Below, in pieces: positions 47,844 through 57,518 of a stretch of 64,000 nucleotides of DNA (position 1 is its first letter; each line of letters begins with the position of its first letter). Origin of the DNA: Candidatus Nomurabacteria bacterium. Lineage in GTDB: Bacteria; Patescibacteriota; Minisyncoccia; Phycocordibacterales; UBA10002. The notes under the pieces are model-generated. The model ran no database searches. It saw only the letters and a list, made by a program, of their open reading frames with translations, and was not told the DNA's origin. The position numbers and the translations under genes were made by a program. Where the stretch lies: NCBI GenBank assembly GCA_943349725.1, contig CALQZP010000001.1:5401-69400 (forward strand), in the 5' to 3' direction.

Positions 47844-48944
47844 TCAGCGGTTCATCGGCATCACGAGGTATAGAAAACTTGTCTCCCCCACTCCAGAGAT
47901 GAGCAGTGGTTTGTTTTCTCCGCTAAACTTAAACGCTACACTATCTGCGGAAAGAGCATTCAAACAGTCAGCTATGTACCGGTGGTTAAAATTACCCTGA
48001 AGTGGCTCCCCTGTAAGCGCAGAAGAAACCGAGGCACTACTTTCTCCGAGTTCCCCGCTCTTAGCGGAAAGCTCAAACAGCTTCTTCTTAGGCTCAAGGC
48101 TCACGTGTAGCTGATTAAAACGGTCAGAAAAGAGCGTAGTGAGCTTAAGTGAGGAAATAAGGTCTTCCTTGAGGACAACGGCCTCTGTGGCGAACGTTTT
48201 AGGCATAATCTGCCGATAGTCTGGAAAAGAACCTTCTACAAGCCTTGAGGTGGCAAGAAGTCCATCACCTTCAAGTGAAAGCTGTCCTTTACCAATAGAA
48301 AGCTTCACTTCGTCCTTTTCCTCTTCAAGAATACGAATAAGTTCGGTTACGTTTTTGATAGGGACCAAAACAGGCTGAAATGACGTGGCTGTCTTTTTGA
48401 AAGGCACCTTCTTCTCCGCAAGTCTAAATGAGTCCGTCGCTACAAACACAATATCCTCTCCATCTTGATAAAGATACACACTTGAAAGCTCCGGTTTAAG
48501 GTTCCCCACAGCTCCAGCGTAATAAACAGACTTAAATCCTTTAAGCAGAAACTCTGGAGTGAAGGAGAACGTAGAGCCTTCGGCCTTCGGAATGGTCGGA
48601 AAATCATCACTCGCTGTACCGTTAATCGTCGCTTTTGCTCCACTAGAAGAAATAGTCAATTTACCATTTGTTACTTCTAGCGACACACTTTTCACATTAC
48701 CCAAGTTTGAAATAAAAGAAGAGAGAACTCCAGCAGGAACTGCTATTTCTCCTTCTTTTTCAACCTTAACAGGAATTTTATACTCAACTCCCATCTCAAG
48801 ATTGGTCGCCCTCACCGTAAGAAAACCTCCTTTCGTAATAAGGAGAATATTAGAAAGAATAGGGAGAGAAAGATGTTTAGAAGCAAGACGGCTTGCCTTT
48901 CCTACAACTATTTGTAATTTATCTTTTATAACTTCAATCTTCAT
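47844..48944 (-). CDS. dnaN: DNA polymerase III beta sliding clamp
   Basis: 366 aa, three-domain clamp pattern, MKIEV start, directly downstream of dnaA. Confidence 0.85.
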   Translation of the reverse strand: MKIEVIKDKLQIVVGKASRLASKHLSLPILSNILLITKGGFLTVRATNLEMGVEYKIPVKVEKEGEIAVPAGVLSSFISNLGNVKSVSLEVTNGKLTISSSGAKATINGTASDDFPTIPKAEGSTFSFTPEFLLKGFKSVYYAGAVGNLKPELSSVYLYQDGEDIVFVATDSFRLAEKKVPFKKTATSFQPVLVPIKNVTELIRILEEEKDEVKLSIGKGQLSLEGDGLLATSRLVEGSFPDYRQIMPKTFATEAVVLKEDLISSLKLTTLFSDRFNQLHVSLEPKKKLFELSAKSGELGESSASVSSALTGEPLQGNFNHRYIADCLNALSADSVAFKFSGENKPLLISGVGETSFLYLVMPMNR

Positions 48945-49236
48945 TTTGTTTTTTATTATACTAATTCAATTTAGTTATCCACATTTTTCCACCTCTCTTT
49001 CTTTAATAGATATTTTTAAAATAAAGAAGTAGTTATTATTAAGAGTTCTGTGTATAAGTGGATAACTTTTTATACCCTTTCTTGTAGCTCTATTTCAACC
49101 CCTCAGGTAACTTTTATTCTGTGCATAATTCATTTTTTCTGGTGGTATCCCCCAAAAACATTTTCAGATTTTAATTTTATCCACAGGTTTTCCTTTTGTT
49201 GTCCCACTGTTTTCCACAGAGTTCCTCACAGAATAA
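48945..49236. promoter_or_regulatory. candidate oriC (dnaA-dnaN intergenic) with DnaA boxes and AT-rich DUE
   Basis: Perfect TTATCCACA at 48975-48983 and 49177-49185; one-mismatch boxes at 49057-49065 (reverse) and 49210-49218; AT-rich tract 49000-49050. Confidence 0.6.
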
Positions 49237-50580
49237 TTAGAGGAGAGCCCGAATCTGATTAATTTCCTGAAGTAGGTTTGGGTCTTCGCGGATCTCGTTC
49301 TTTATTTTGTCGCACGAGTGGATGACTGTTGTGTGATCTCTTCCTCCAAGCCTCTGCCCAATAAGAGGGAACGAAATACTGCAGTCCTCACGGAGAATAT
49401 ACATGACAAGCTGTCTCGGCTTCACCACCTCTTTCCGACGAGTCTTCTCGTAGATGTGATTCTCGTCAATGTTGTAAAAGTCGGCGACAACCTTCGTAAT
49501 ATCCTTAATTGACAAGCTTTTCTTCGGCTTTCCGGTGTTCTTAAGAATAGCTTTTACCTCAAGTACCCCGAGGTCTCTCCCTTTCACCTGTGTCTGCATC
49601 ATAATGGAATTGAGAATTCCTTCAAGCTCTCTGATGTTCCCCTCAAGAGTTGCGGCGATGTAGTCGGCAACTTCACTTGAAAGCTCAAACCGCATAAGCC
49701 GAGCCTTGGTTTTGAGGATAGATACACGCGACTCCCTGTCCGGAGGAGGAATATCGACAATCATACCGGCCGCGAAACGGGATTTTAGACGTTCCTCAAG
49801 ATTCTGAATATAATTTGGGTGCTTGTCAGAGGAAAAGATAATTTGTTTGTTATGCGCGTAAAGGTCGTTGAATAAATGGAAAAGTTCTTCCTGACTCTTC
49901 TCTTTATTTGAAAAGAACTGGATGTCATCCATAATCAGCGCGTCATACTGACGATACTTCTCCTTAAATTGAGAGATGCGACTCTGTTGCATCGCGGTCA
50001 CAAAATCCTGGGAGAACTTTTCCGAGGTAACATAATAGATTTTTTGTCCGGGAAACGCAGTCTTGAGATGATTCCCAATAGCTTGAATAAGGTGGGTCTT
50101 GCCGTGCCCAGTCGAACCGTAGACAAAAAGAGGGTTGTAGGTAGCCCCCGGGCTTTTAATGATGGCCTGCGAGGCAGCGTGCGCGAGTTCGTTGAAAGGA
50201 CCCACGACAAACGAATCAAAGGTGTAGCGTGGGTTAAGGTTGGTCTCTTTGTCCACATAATGATCCTGGAGCGGGAGTTCGGGCGTGCGAGACGGAGCTG
50301 ATGTTTTCAAAAGTTCCCGTTTTCGGGGGTCGTCCTTGGTAACGGTATATTCAATGGAGCGGATGTGCTCGGAAAGAGTACGAAGCGAATGAAGAATCGA
50401 TTTGTGGTATTTGTTGAGCAACCAATCCTTCACAAAGGTATTTGGTACCGAAAGATGGACTACCCCCTCTTCTATGCGTGCTATCGCAGTATCTTTAAAC
50501 CACGTCGTAAAGTTCGCCTTAGAAACGGCGAGTTCAATCTCCGCAAGAGCACTTTCCCAGAGTTGTTTGGTGTCGGTCAT
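49237..50580 (-). CDS. dnaA: chromosomal replication initiator DnaA
   Basis: 447 aa; AAA+ motifs GSTGHGKTHL, box VII, C-terminal DNA-binding domain. Confidence 0.9.
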   Translation of the reverse strand: MTDTKQLWESALAEIELAVSKANFTTWFKDTAIARIEEGVVHLSVPNTFVKDWLLNKYHKSILHSLRTLSEHIRSIEYTVTKDDPRKRELLKTSAPSRTPELPLQDHYVDKETNLNPRYTFDSFVVGPFNELAHAASQAIIKSPGATYNPLFVYGSTGHGKTHLIQAIGNHLKTAFPGQKIYYVTSEKFSQDFVTAMQQSRISQFKEKYRQYDALIMDDIQFFSNKEKSQEELFHLFNDLYAHNKQIIFSSDKHPNYIQNLEERLKSRFAAGMIVDIPPPDRESRVSILKTKARLMRFELSSEVADYIAATLEGNIRELEGILNSIMMQTQVKGRDLGVLEVKAILKNTGKPKKSLSIKDITKVVADFYNIDENHIYEKTRRKEVVKPRQLVMYILREDCSISFPLIGQRLGGRDHTTVIHSCDKIKNEIREDPNLLQEINQIRALL

Positions 50581-50848
50581 AAGATAATGAAATATGGAAT
50601 ATGAACTATATAATAAGAAAGCTAATCGGATATCTTATGGTATATGGTTCATATTCCATTTCTTAGTGGTACTAGTATATACCGATAACCGAAATGCAAA
50701 ACTTGTGAAAAAACCTGTGATATGTTAATAATATGTGGACAAGTTGGGGACAAGACCATATGGACCACATAACATGGATCACGTAACATCAGGCAGTCTC
50801 AAGAAAAGTCTTGTATTCCGTGTTTCATAATTCATAATCCATTTCTTT

Positions 50849-51001
50849 ATGAGCTTCACCTACAACCCAAAAAGAAAGAAACGAGCACGAACACACGGTT
50901 TTCGCTCCCGCATGGCTACCCCCGGAGGTCGTTCGGCTCTTTCCAGACGACGCGCTAAAGGACGTAAGAAGCTTACGGTAAGTCGAAAGAAAGCCTCCTA
51001 G
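50849..51001 (+). CDS. rpmH: 50S ribosomal protein L34
   Basis: 50 aa [24 protein letters not shown]...; below the ORF-track size cutoff, found by manual translation. Confidence 0.85.
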   Translation: MSFTYNPKRKKRARTHGFRSRMATPGGRSALSRRRAKGRKKLTVSRKKAS

Positions 51002-51005
51002 GAGC

Positions 51006-51037
51006 AAAAAAGCCTGCCTGTTGGCAGGCTTTTGTTA
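51006..51037 (+). terminator. Rho-independent terminator after rpmH
   Basis: aaaaaagcctgcc tgtt ggcaggcttttgtt. Confidence 0.7.
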
Positions 51038-51064
51038 TAGGGCTTACACATTTCGCACTTTTCT

Positions 51065-51140
51065 GTCATTCCAGCGAAAGCTGGAATCCAGTGTTAGGCC
51101 ATTTTCTGAAGTCCTGGATTCCAGTTTTCACTGGAATGAC
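51065..51140. repeat. twin-hairpin palindromic element (gtcattccagcgaaagctggaatcc family), copy 2
   Basis: attccagc-GAAA-gctggaat hairpin plus ggattccag-ttttca-ctggaatgac hairpin; shares its 5' half with 2763-2817. Confidence 0.6.
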
Positions 51141-51182
51141 ACCGATTGAGCAGGTTCTATATAAGCTAAAAGCTCTCCTTCA

Positions 51183-51521
51183 ATGCTCCCCAAATCAAAA
51201 CGTCTCACCACCGAGGACTTCAAAACACTGAAGGGTGGGCGAACCACGCACACTCCCCACCTCATTCTCCGCCTCTCCCCTGCACCTGAAGGAGTGGGAA
51301 AATTTGCCGTTGTGGTGTCGTCTTCAAACTACAAACGAGCGGTTGACCGCAATCTACTTAGACGACGCCTTTACAGCCTCATTAAGAGGCTTCTCCCACT
51401 TCTCCCAAAAGGTATCCTCACCGTCACCTGTAAAAAGGGAGCACTCCTTGCGACCTTTTCGGAGTTAGAAAACGAGGTACACTCCTTGTGCGCAAAAAAG
51501 CCCACATCTACGGCAGTCTGA
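51183..51521 (+). CDS. rnpA: ribonuclease P protein component
   Basis: 112 aa basic protein, KSKRL...FAVVVSS RnpA pattern, follows rpmH. Confidence 0.8.
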   Translation: MLPKSKRLTTEDFKTLKGGRTTHTPHLILRLSPAPEGVGKFAVVVSSSNYKRAVDRNLLRRRLYSLIKRLLPLLPKGILTVTCKKGALLATFSELENEVHSLCAKKPTSTAV

Positions 51522-51573
51522 CTGCTGTAAATACTCCTTTGGTAATTTACCGATTTTGGGCTAGAATAGGGCC

Positions 51574-52308
51574 ATGTTCGCACTGCTAAAGGCGATTTTT
51601 TATATTCCCCTCTACAATGGGCTCATTTTCCTGATAGATGTCCTCCCCGGACATTCGGTCGGCATCGCGGTCATACTGTTTACCTGCCTCGTTAAACTGG
51701 TCCTCTCCCCTCTTTCCCATAAGGCGGCCAAGTTTCAGTTGGAAATGAAATTGCATGAGCCCGAGATAAATCGCCTTAAAGAACAATTTAAAGCCGACAA
51801 ACAGGCACAAGGAAAGGCAATTCTAGATTTTTACCGCGAGAAGAAGATCAATCCGTTTGCAGGTATTTTGCCCCTTTTTATACAAATTCCCATTTTCATC
51901 TCCCTTTACTATGTGTTTTATGCGGGAGGGCTTCCTTCGATAGACTCTTCCCTCCTCTATTCATTTGTAGCGGTACCTGTCCCCGATATGCATCTTTTTG
52001 GTTTCAACATTCTTGAAAAAAGCATGCTGCTCGCTGTGTTGGCGGGAGTCGCCCAGTTCCTGCAGGCGCACTATGCTATGCCCCCTGCACCGCCCAAGAC
52101 CGACACACCCTCACTTGGGAATGACCTCGCGCGCGGTATGCATATGCAGATGAAGTATGTACTCCCCGTATTTATGGTCTTTATCGCCTACGCGATAAAC
52201 GGAGCAGTTGCACTTTATTTTATAACGAGTAGTCTGTTTACCATCGCGCAGGAGCTTGTGGTGCGCAGGTCACTCAAAAAGGGCCATCCTACCCACCCTG
52301 ACAAGTAA
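51574..52308 (+). CDS. yidC: membrane protein insertase YidC (short form)
   Basis: 244 aa, five TM helices, conserved YidC core; rpmH-rnpA-yidC-jag synteny. Confidence 0.8.
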   Translation: MFALLKAIFYIPLYNGLIFLIDVLPGHSVGIAVILFTCLVKLVLSPLSHKAAKFQLEMKLHEPEINRLKEQFKADKQAQGKAILDFYREKKINPFAGILPLFIQIPIFISLYYVFYAGGLPSIDSSLLYSFVAVPVPDMHLFGFNILEKSMLLAVLAGVAQFLQAHYAMPPAPPKTDTPSLGNDLARGMHMQMKYVLPVFMVFIAYAINGAVALYFITSSLFTIAQELVVRRSLKKGHPTHPDK

Positions 52309-52402
52309 CAGATACCAATCAACGAATGAACACCAATCTACAAATACCTACAAATGAGAGATAGGAGGATTAGTAGGTATTCGTTATATTGGTACAGATT
52401 AG

Positions 52403-52912
52403 TTGATTGGTAAAAGTATGAACTCAACCGAAATCAAAAAAATCATAGAAGACTTGCTTCGCCACATGCAGATATCCGTGGAGAGTATTTCGGTATCCGA
52501 GTGTGATGGGCGAGAGTGTTTTTCGGTACAAACTCCCGACTCCAGGCTTCTCATCGGGGAAGGCGGAGTCAATCTGCTTGCCTTCAATCACCTCGTTAAG
52601 AAGATGGCCTCACCAAAAGGCTCCACAGGCGAGACCCCCACAGTCGAGGAACGAGGGAAAACCTTTTTCGTTGATGTAAACGGCTTCCAAGAAGCCGCGC
52701 TTCAGAATATCAAAAATGTAGCCAAGATAATGGGCGACCGCGCTCGGTCATTCAAGACCAGTGTAGAGCTTGATCCGATGTCTTCGTATGAGCGAATGGT
52801 TATTCACGCCTTTTTCCAAGAGGCGAAGGACCTCAAGACCGAGTCGGTAGGTGAGGGAGACAAACGAAGGGTGGTGATACGGTATGTTGAAACTGGAACA
52901 AGTGACTTGTAA
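52403..52912 (+). CDS. jag: Jag/KhpB RNA-binding protein (KH plus R3H)
   Basis: 169 aa; R3H-like C-terminus RMVIHAFFQEAKDLKTESVGEGDKRRVVI; synteny with yidC. Confidence 0.75.
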   Translation: MIGKSMNSTEIKKIIEDLLRHMQISVESISVSECDGRECFSVQTPDSRLLIGEGGVNLLAFNHLVKKMASPKGSTGETPTVEERGKTFFVDVNGFQEAALQNIKNVAKIMGDRARSFKTSVELDPMSSYERMVIHAFFQEAKDLKTESVGEGDKRRVVIRYVETGTSDL

Positions 52913-53070
52913 CAGGTAACTGGAACTAAGATTTCGCGTGACCGAGTTTCTTCTTGAATCCACCAAGTTGGTCTGAAATACAATACTGTTGCTATTAGTA
53001 GGTTTTTAACATAAACCTACTAATATTTGTTGACTTTAGCAGGTTTAGGTATTAAACTTACGGAGCCCTT

Positions 53071-53802
53071 ATGGTAACTAACGGTAAAATAAGAATAAGT
53101 GAAGCAGCAAAGATACTTGGCGTATCCGTCCCTACTCTCCGTAATTGGGAAAAGTCTGGGAAACTCCGTGCAGAAAGAAGCGTTGGCAAACAACGCTATT
53201 ATAATCTTACCGACCTACAAAAATTTGTTGTTGATGTAGAGGGTTTAGGATTGATATGGGCGACGAGTGCAATACCGCAAGAACTTCCCCGTGAGTACTA
53301 TTGTGAGTCGTCGGATCGTTTTACAACTCGAGTAACAAGGATGGGCGCCGAACTTCAAAGAGATGGTCGTTTCTCCGGAGCGTTGGATTCGCTCATTACA
53401 CTAGTTGCTAGCGAAATAGGCGACAACTCTTTTGCGCACAATTTGGGCAATTGGCAAGATGTTCTGGGTATGTTCTTCGCCTACGATCTTGAAAAGAAGA
53501 TCATAGTAATAGCTGATAGAGGACAAGGTGTTAAGACAACCCTTCTGCGAGTCAGACCGTCCCTTGCCAGCGATATGGAGGCATTGAAGGTTGCTTTTAC
53601 GGAGATAATTTCCGGGAGAAACCCGGAAAAGAGAGGAAACGGATTGAAGGTTGTGCTCAGGGTGCTGGAATCACGTGAAGTAGGACTTTTTTACCGGTCT
53701 GGAATTGGAGTCGTCACTGTTCCAGTTGAGAAGCCTGGCTATCTCACGATAGGCACGGCAGATCAAAACGTACGCGGGATGTATTGTGTTATTAAGTTTT
53801 AG
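53071..53802 (+). CDS. MerR-family HTH fused to a GHKL-type (RsbW/SpoIIAB-like) ATPase/kinase domain
   Basis: N-terminus ISEAAKILGVSVPTLRNWEKSGKL is a MerR HTH; the C-terminal half has GHKL N-, G1- and G2-like boxes (EIGDNSFAHN, IADRGQGV, GNGLKV). Confidence 0.5.
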   Translation: MVTNGKIRISEAAKILGVSVPTLRNWEKSGKLRAERSVGKQRYYNLTDLQKFVVDVEGLGLIWATSAIPQELPREYYCESSDRFTTRVTRMGAELQRDGRFSGALDSLITLVASEIGDNSFAHNLGNWQDVLGMFFAYDLEKKIIVIADRGQGVKTTLLRVRPSLASDMEALKVAFTEIISGRNPEKRGNGLKVVLRVLESREVGLFYRSGIGVVTVPVEKPGYLTIGTADQNVRGMYCVIKF

Positions 53803-53809
53803 ATTTATT

Positions 53810-54127
53810 ATGCAAACAATTTATCTTAAGAAGTTCGGTAACGTCCTCGTAGGACGACCCAACGGGCAAGAAGCTTTTAATGCTCTTAGACCTGAGTTAA
53901 ATCAAGATCAGTCTGTTCAGATTGATTTTAGTGACGTACTTACTGTCAATCCTTCGTGGCTTGATGAATTTCTTACCCGCCTTGCTGATTTCAACCAGGG
54001 AAAGGTTCAATTACTTCCCACCAGTAACGCTTCTGTGCGAATAGCGCTTCCAGTGCTAGTAATGGAGCGCAAAGATTTTGTAGCTGACATAGTAAACCGG
54101 GCTATAAAAGAAATGGGACTTAAATAA
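53810..54127 (+). CDS. DUF4325 (STAS-like) domain protein
   Basis: 105 aa; IYLKKFGNVLVGRPNGQEAFNAL...VQIDFSDVLTVNPSWLDEFL matches the DUF4325 STAS-like pattern. Confidence 0.5.
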   Translation: MQTIYLKKFGNVLVGRPNGQEAFNALRPELNQDQSVQIDFSDVLTVNPSWLDEFLTRLADFNQGKVQLLPTSNASVRIALPVLVMERKDFVADIVNRAIKEMGLK

Positions 54128-54206
54128 AGTTTGGCCTCGTCCTAGTCCCCAAAGCTCGCTCTGCTCGGAAGACCTCGGCGAGGTATTAGGCGAGCCAAAC
54201 TTTATT
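54123..54206. repeat. long hairpin, family copy 2 (aataaagtttggcctcgtcct...gccaaactttatt)
   Basis: Lies between convergent genes and likely acts as a bidirectional terminator; stem sequence shared with 8362-8447. Confidence 0.65.
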
Positions 54207-55401
54207 CAGTCATCTGCAGGCTCCAGAGGGTCCCGCTCACTTTGTCGGTAAAAACCAAGAATTTGTCGTCAGTGCTCACTTGCGGGTGCGTGAGGTCAAT
54301 CGGACTTCCCCGCTTCTCGCTAATATCTAAGATTCGCTCGGTAACTCCCGAAGGTGAAATACTCCACACCTCGTCGGTAAAGGGGATGACCCCTTGATAC
54401 CACACGTCAGGATAGCTTCCAGTGGGGATTTCCTTGGGGACGCCACAATAAAATATGGTCCCGCCTTTGTTCCACGCGCATTTTTCGGGGAAGGTGGTCA
54501 CGCCGACCTGTGTACGCGCGCCGGTTGTCATATTGAAGAGTGAGAGCGAGATGGAAGCTTCCCTGCTTGAGGAAAAGAGTACTTCAGGTTTGACCGGATT
54601 GGGGAGCGCGGTAAGGCCGGGGGTATTGCGGAGCACAAGTGAGGTGTTACCGGTGCCGGGGTCGAGCGAGAGAAGCATACCGTCGGCCAAGAACGAAGGC
54701 TTCGAAAGCAAAAAGATTTTGTTTTGAGATGGCCATAGGACGAGCCATTCATAAAGGGGCGAGTCCCAAAGCTGTGTTCTCCCGTTTCCCGCAAGGTCGC
54801 TTCTAATTCCTATGGCCCCTCCATTTTTCTCGGTGAGGTAAAAAAAGCTCGTTCCGTCGGGAGAGACAGCTCCATCGAGTATTCCGCGCGGGAGAAAGGT
54901 TCCGGCAAGCTCTCCTTCTGCCCCGGATGCTTCGAGGTTGACGCGTGCCGAGAAGGATTCAATCACCTCACTATCGTCGCGAAGATATCGTGAGATGAGG
55001 GTGGTACCCGATTTACTCCACAGCGCTTCATAGACCTTCGGAATGGTCGTATTCGTGAGGCGCTTCTCCCCTTCCGCATTTGCGCCTATTTCAAAGATAT
55101 TTCCGGTGGCCCTGTCCTGATAGCGGACAATCGCCTCGCCACTCCGTACTCCCAGCACCGCTCCTGCGGTCGGTTCTTTGGAGAGTTGTCGCAAGATAGG
55201 CTCAAACGCCCCCGGTTTTTCTTCGGGGAGCACCACGGGAGGCTCTTGTTTGGGCGTAACTTCGTCGCCTACCCCCGGAAAGGTGCCTCCGCCATCTGGC
55301 GAAACCGGCTCCTTGGTAAACAGGAAATACAGAAAGATACCGAGGGCTACCAAGAGGAGCACCACAACGACCCCTATGATGATTTTAGTTCTTCGGGACA
55401 T
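54202..55401 (-). CDS. N-terminally membrane-anchored protein with beta-propeller-like (PD40/TolB-like) ectodomain
   Basis: 399 aa, one TM helix, Pro-rich linker, repetitive beta-rich segments. Confidence 0.35.
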   Translation of the reverse strand: MSRRTKIIIGVVVVLLLVALGIFLYFLFTKEPVSPDGGGTFPGVGDEVTPKQEPPVVLPEEKPGAFEPILRQLSKEPTAGAVLGVRSGEAIVRYQDRATGNIFEIGANAEGEKRLTNTTIPKVYEALWSKSGTTLISRYLRDDSEVIESFSARVNLEASGAEGELAGTFLPRGILDGAVSPDGTSFFYLTEKNGGAIGIRSDLAGNGRTQLWDSPLYEWLVLWPSQNKIFLLSKPSFLADGMLLSLDPGTGNTSLVLRNTPGLTALPNPVKPEVLFSSSREASISLSLFNMTTGARTQVGVTTFPEKCAWNKGGTIFYCGVPKEIPTGSYPDVWYQGVIPFTDEVWSISPSGVTERILDISEKRGSPIDLTHPQVSTDDKFLVFTDKVSGTLWSLQMTE

Positions 55402-55412
55402 GTGTTAGATGA

Positions 55413-56417
55413 CTACGGTTGGCCGATTTTAGTACAATCCGTCGCTCTAGTAGGACCAACTGCAGTGTTGTACTTGGCGCAGAGCGACTTTAACGCGGTG
55501 ATGAATTCGGCCTGTACCTCTTGAGCTTTGGCGGGAAAACCAAGACGGTTAAGTTCCTGGACCTCCACATCTCGTTTCTTTCCCATTTCCTCAATTCCTT
55601 CCAGGAAAATCCTATTTGCGCCGTCTATACTTGGATTCGCATCTATCTGGTACTCATAATTTTTGGCCTGAAGATTTATTCGCGCCTTAGCGGCTACTAC
55701 ATCCGCATCTACTGCTTTACGAAGCAAGCTCGCACGGAGGGTTTCAAGCTCAGTCTTCTTCTTTGCAAAGGCGAGAATCTCCGCTTGAGTTGCTGTCGGG
55801 TTTCTCATATTTTCCTCTAATTTCCAAATGGCATCCGCGGCTTCCATCGCTTTCGCTTTCGCAATTTTTGCATCAATGACATTGGGTTTTGCATTTTCCG
55901 TTTTCAAGTCGGACAGAAGCTTATCCAGCACTTTGCTGTAGTGCTCTTCCGGATTGTCCACCACTTGCAACGTTGCATCTACTTTTTGCACGGTTACCCG
56001 ATCGAAGTTGAGCGATAGGTCAAGGTCGCTTCCGAGCGACGGACTAATCTGGTTCATAAAGATAAAGGAGCCGTAGACGATGACAACTCCCCCAATCGCC
56101 CGCAGGATAATGCCCTTCGCCTCGCTGTGCCCAAGAATGGAGTCGGTGAAGATAAGGGTAAAGCCTCCGCGGACAATCGCGAAAACGGCAAAAAAGCCGG
56201 CAAGTGCGACACCGACATTGTAGATAGTGCGGAGGTAGCGAGGGAAGCAGGTGGGGGCGACACATTCGGTATCCTTGGTAAACTCTGAGCCGGGGGCGTT
56301 AATCGGGGCAAGCGGGATATAGTTCACCTGGGTCGCATAAGCAATAGGAACCTCCACCTTCCCTATCGCGGAGAGGACTGCTATGACACAAAGGCTGTAA
56401 ATAAATATCGTTTTCAT
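55413..56417 (-). CDS. secreted/membrane protein with signal peptide, two TM helices and long coiled-coil tail (pilin/VirB2-like N-terminus, speculative)
   Basis: 334 aa; signal peptide ending AYA, hydrophobic pair VGVALAGFFAVFAIV / GGVVIVYGSFIFM. Confidence 0.35.
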   Translation of the reverse strand: MKTIFIYSLCVIAVLSAIGKVEVPIAYATQVNYIPLAPINAPGSEFTKDTECVAPTCFPRYLRTIYNVGVALAGFFAVFAIVRGGFTLIFTDSILGHSEAKGIILRAIGGVVIVYGSFIFMNQISPSLGSDLDLSLNFDRVTVQKVDATLQVVDNPEEHYSKVLDKLLSDLKTENAKPNVIDAKIAKAKAMEAADAIWKLEENMRNPTATQAEILAFAKKKTELETLRASLLRKAVDADVVAAKARINLQAKNYEYQIDANPSIDGANRIFLEGIEEMGKKRDVEVQELNRLGFPAKAQEVQAEFITALKSLCAKYNTAVGPTRATDCTKIGQP

Positions 56418-56426
56418 ACAACTTTT

Positions 56427-57470
56427 TTATCGCGTAAGTGTCGGGTCAAACTGAAACCCCTTTAACGGAAACTCAATCATAAGATTCGCGTCGGTTGCTT
56501 GAAACGCTCGCTTGTCATCTGAACTACGTGCTTCAAGGAAGAGGCTTGTTCGCCCGGGGGCATCGGAGGTACGTCGCAAAATGATGAACGGGTCCTTTGA
56601 AGATTCAAGGGGGGTGTAGTTCATTTGCCACTCGTAGACCATATCCTTACTTCCTCGCGTGCCCGACGTTTCAAAATAGTAGGGAACGGCGTCTATGCGA
56701 GCCTCATCTTCCTCAAGCGAAAAGGTACTGCCGAGAGCCTTTTGAAGCAACAGGCCATAGCGAGGGTGGTTTTCGTAGAACAACAAACGAGGAGACACGG
56801 GGTCTACTGTGATACTCGCCTCCGCGGACATCGTTCGGTCCGGACTTTCCACCAAGACGGAAATGGTTTTTGGTCGCATAGGAACGGCTCCGCGGAACGG
56901 GAAAAGATTTTTGCCTTTTCCTGATGAGCCACCAATAACATCATCTCCCTCTTTCCAGGTATAAATGAGTGACTCCGGAGCCATCGTTGACCTTCCCTGC
57001 GCAAAGGTAGGAACCGCTGTTACCATTACCGTGCCTTGAAAGGGCATAAGCGCCTTTCCGCGATAAAACGGAGGGGTGTAGGACTGCGCCTGCCACAGGA
57101 GATTTACTTCCGCCGGACGAATAACCGTATCTTTTGAATAGGTATTGCCGTTTTCGGCTATTGCCGCGACACGCACGATGGTGGTTTCCCCATTCCGACC
57201 TGCGCGGACGACGAGCTTTTTGTAACCCACAGCGGTTTTGACGGGGCGGTCGTTTACAAACCAGTGCACCTCCGAGCGGTTAAGGTCAAAGTTGTAGCTT
57301 TCAATGGAAACGGTCACCTCTTCTCCCGGGCGTGGGTAGGCTGGGGAAATCACCATCGTGAGTTCTGTCCCTGTGTTTCCCACTTGGGCAAAAGAAGGAT
57401 GTGCCCCGACAACAAGGTCAAAAAGAAAAAGAGTAGCTAAAAAGAAAGATGTGAGAATCTTACGATGCAT
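56427..57470 (-). CDS. secreted hypothetical protein
   Basis: 347 aa, N-terminal signal peptide, beta-rich. Confidence 0.4.
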   Translation of the reverse strand: MHRKILTSFFLATLFLFDLVVGAHPSFAQVGNTGTELTMVISPAYPRPGEEVTVSIESYNFDLNRSEVHWFVNDRPVKTAVGYKKLVVRAGRNGETTIVRVAAIAENGNTYSKDTVIRPAEVNLLWQAQSYTPPFYRGKALMPFQGTVMVTAVPTFAQGRSTMAPESLIYTWKEGDDVIGGSSGKGKNLFPFRGAVPMRPKTISVLVESPDRTMSAEASITVDPVSPRLLFYENHPRYGLLLQKALGSTFSLEEDEARIDAVPYYFETSGTRGSKDMVYEWQMNYTPLESSKDPFIILRRTSDAPGRTSLFLEARSSDDKRAFQATDANLMIEFPLKGFQFDPTLTR

Positions 57471-57518
57471 AGCGTATAGTATACCTTGTATTTACACTTT
57501 TTTCTGTGCACATCCTCT

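Noticed and set aside
50581-50848. oriC placed upstream of dnaA
   Set aside because: Only degenerate DnaA boxes are present there, while the dnaA-dnaN spacer has two perfect and two near-perfect boxes, so the origin call was placed at 48945-49236. The true origin could still be bipartite.
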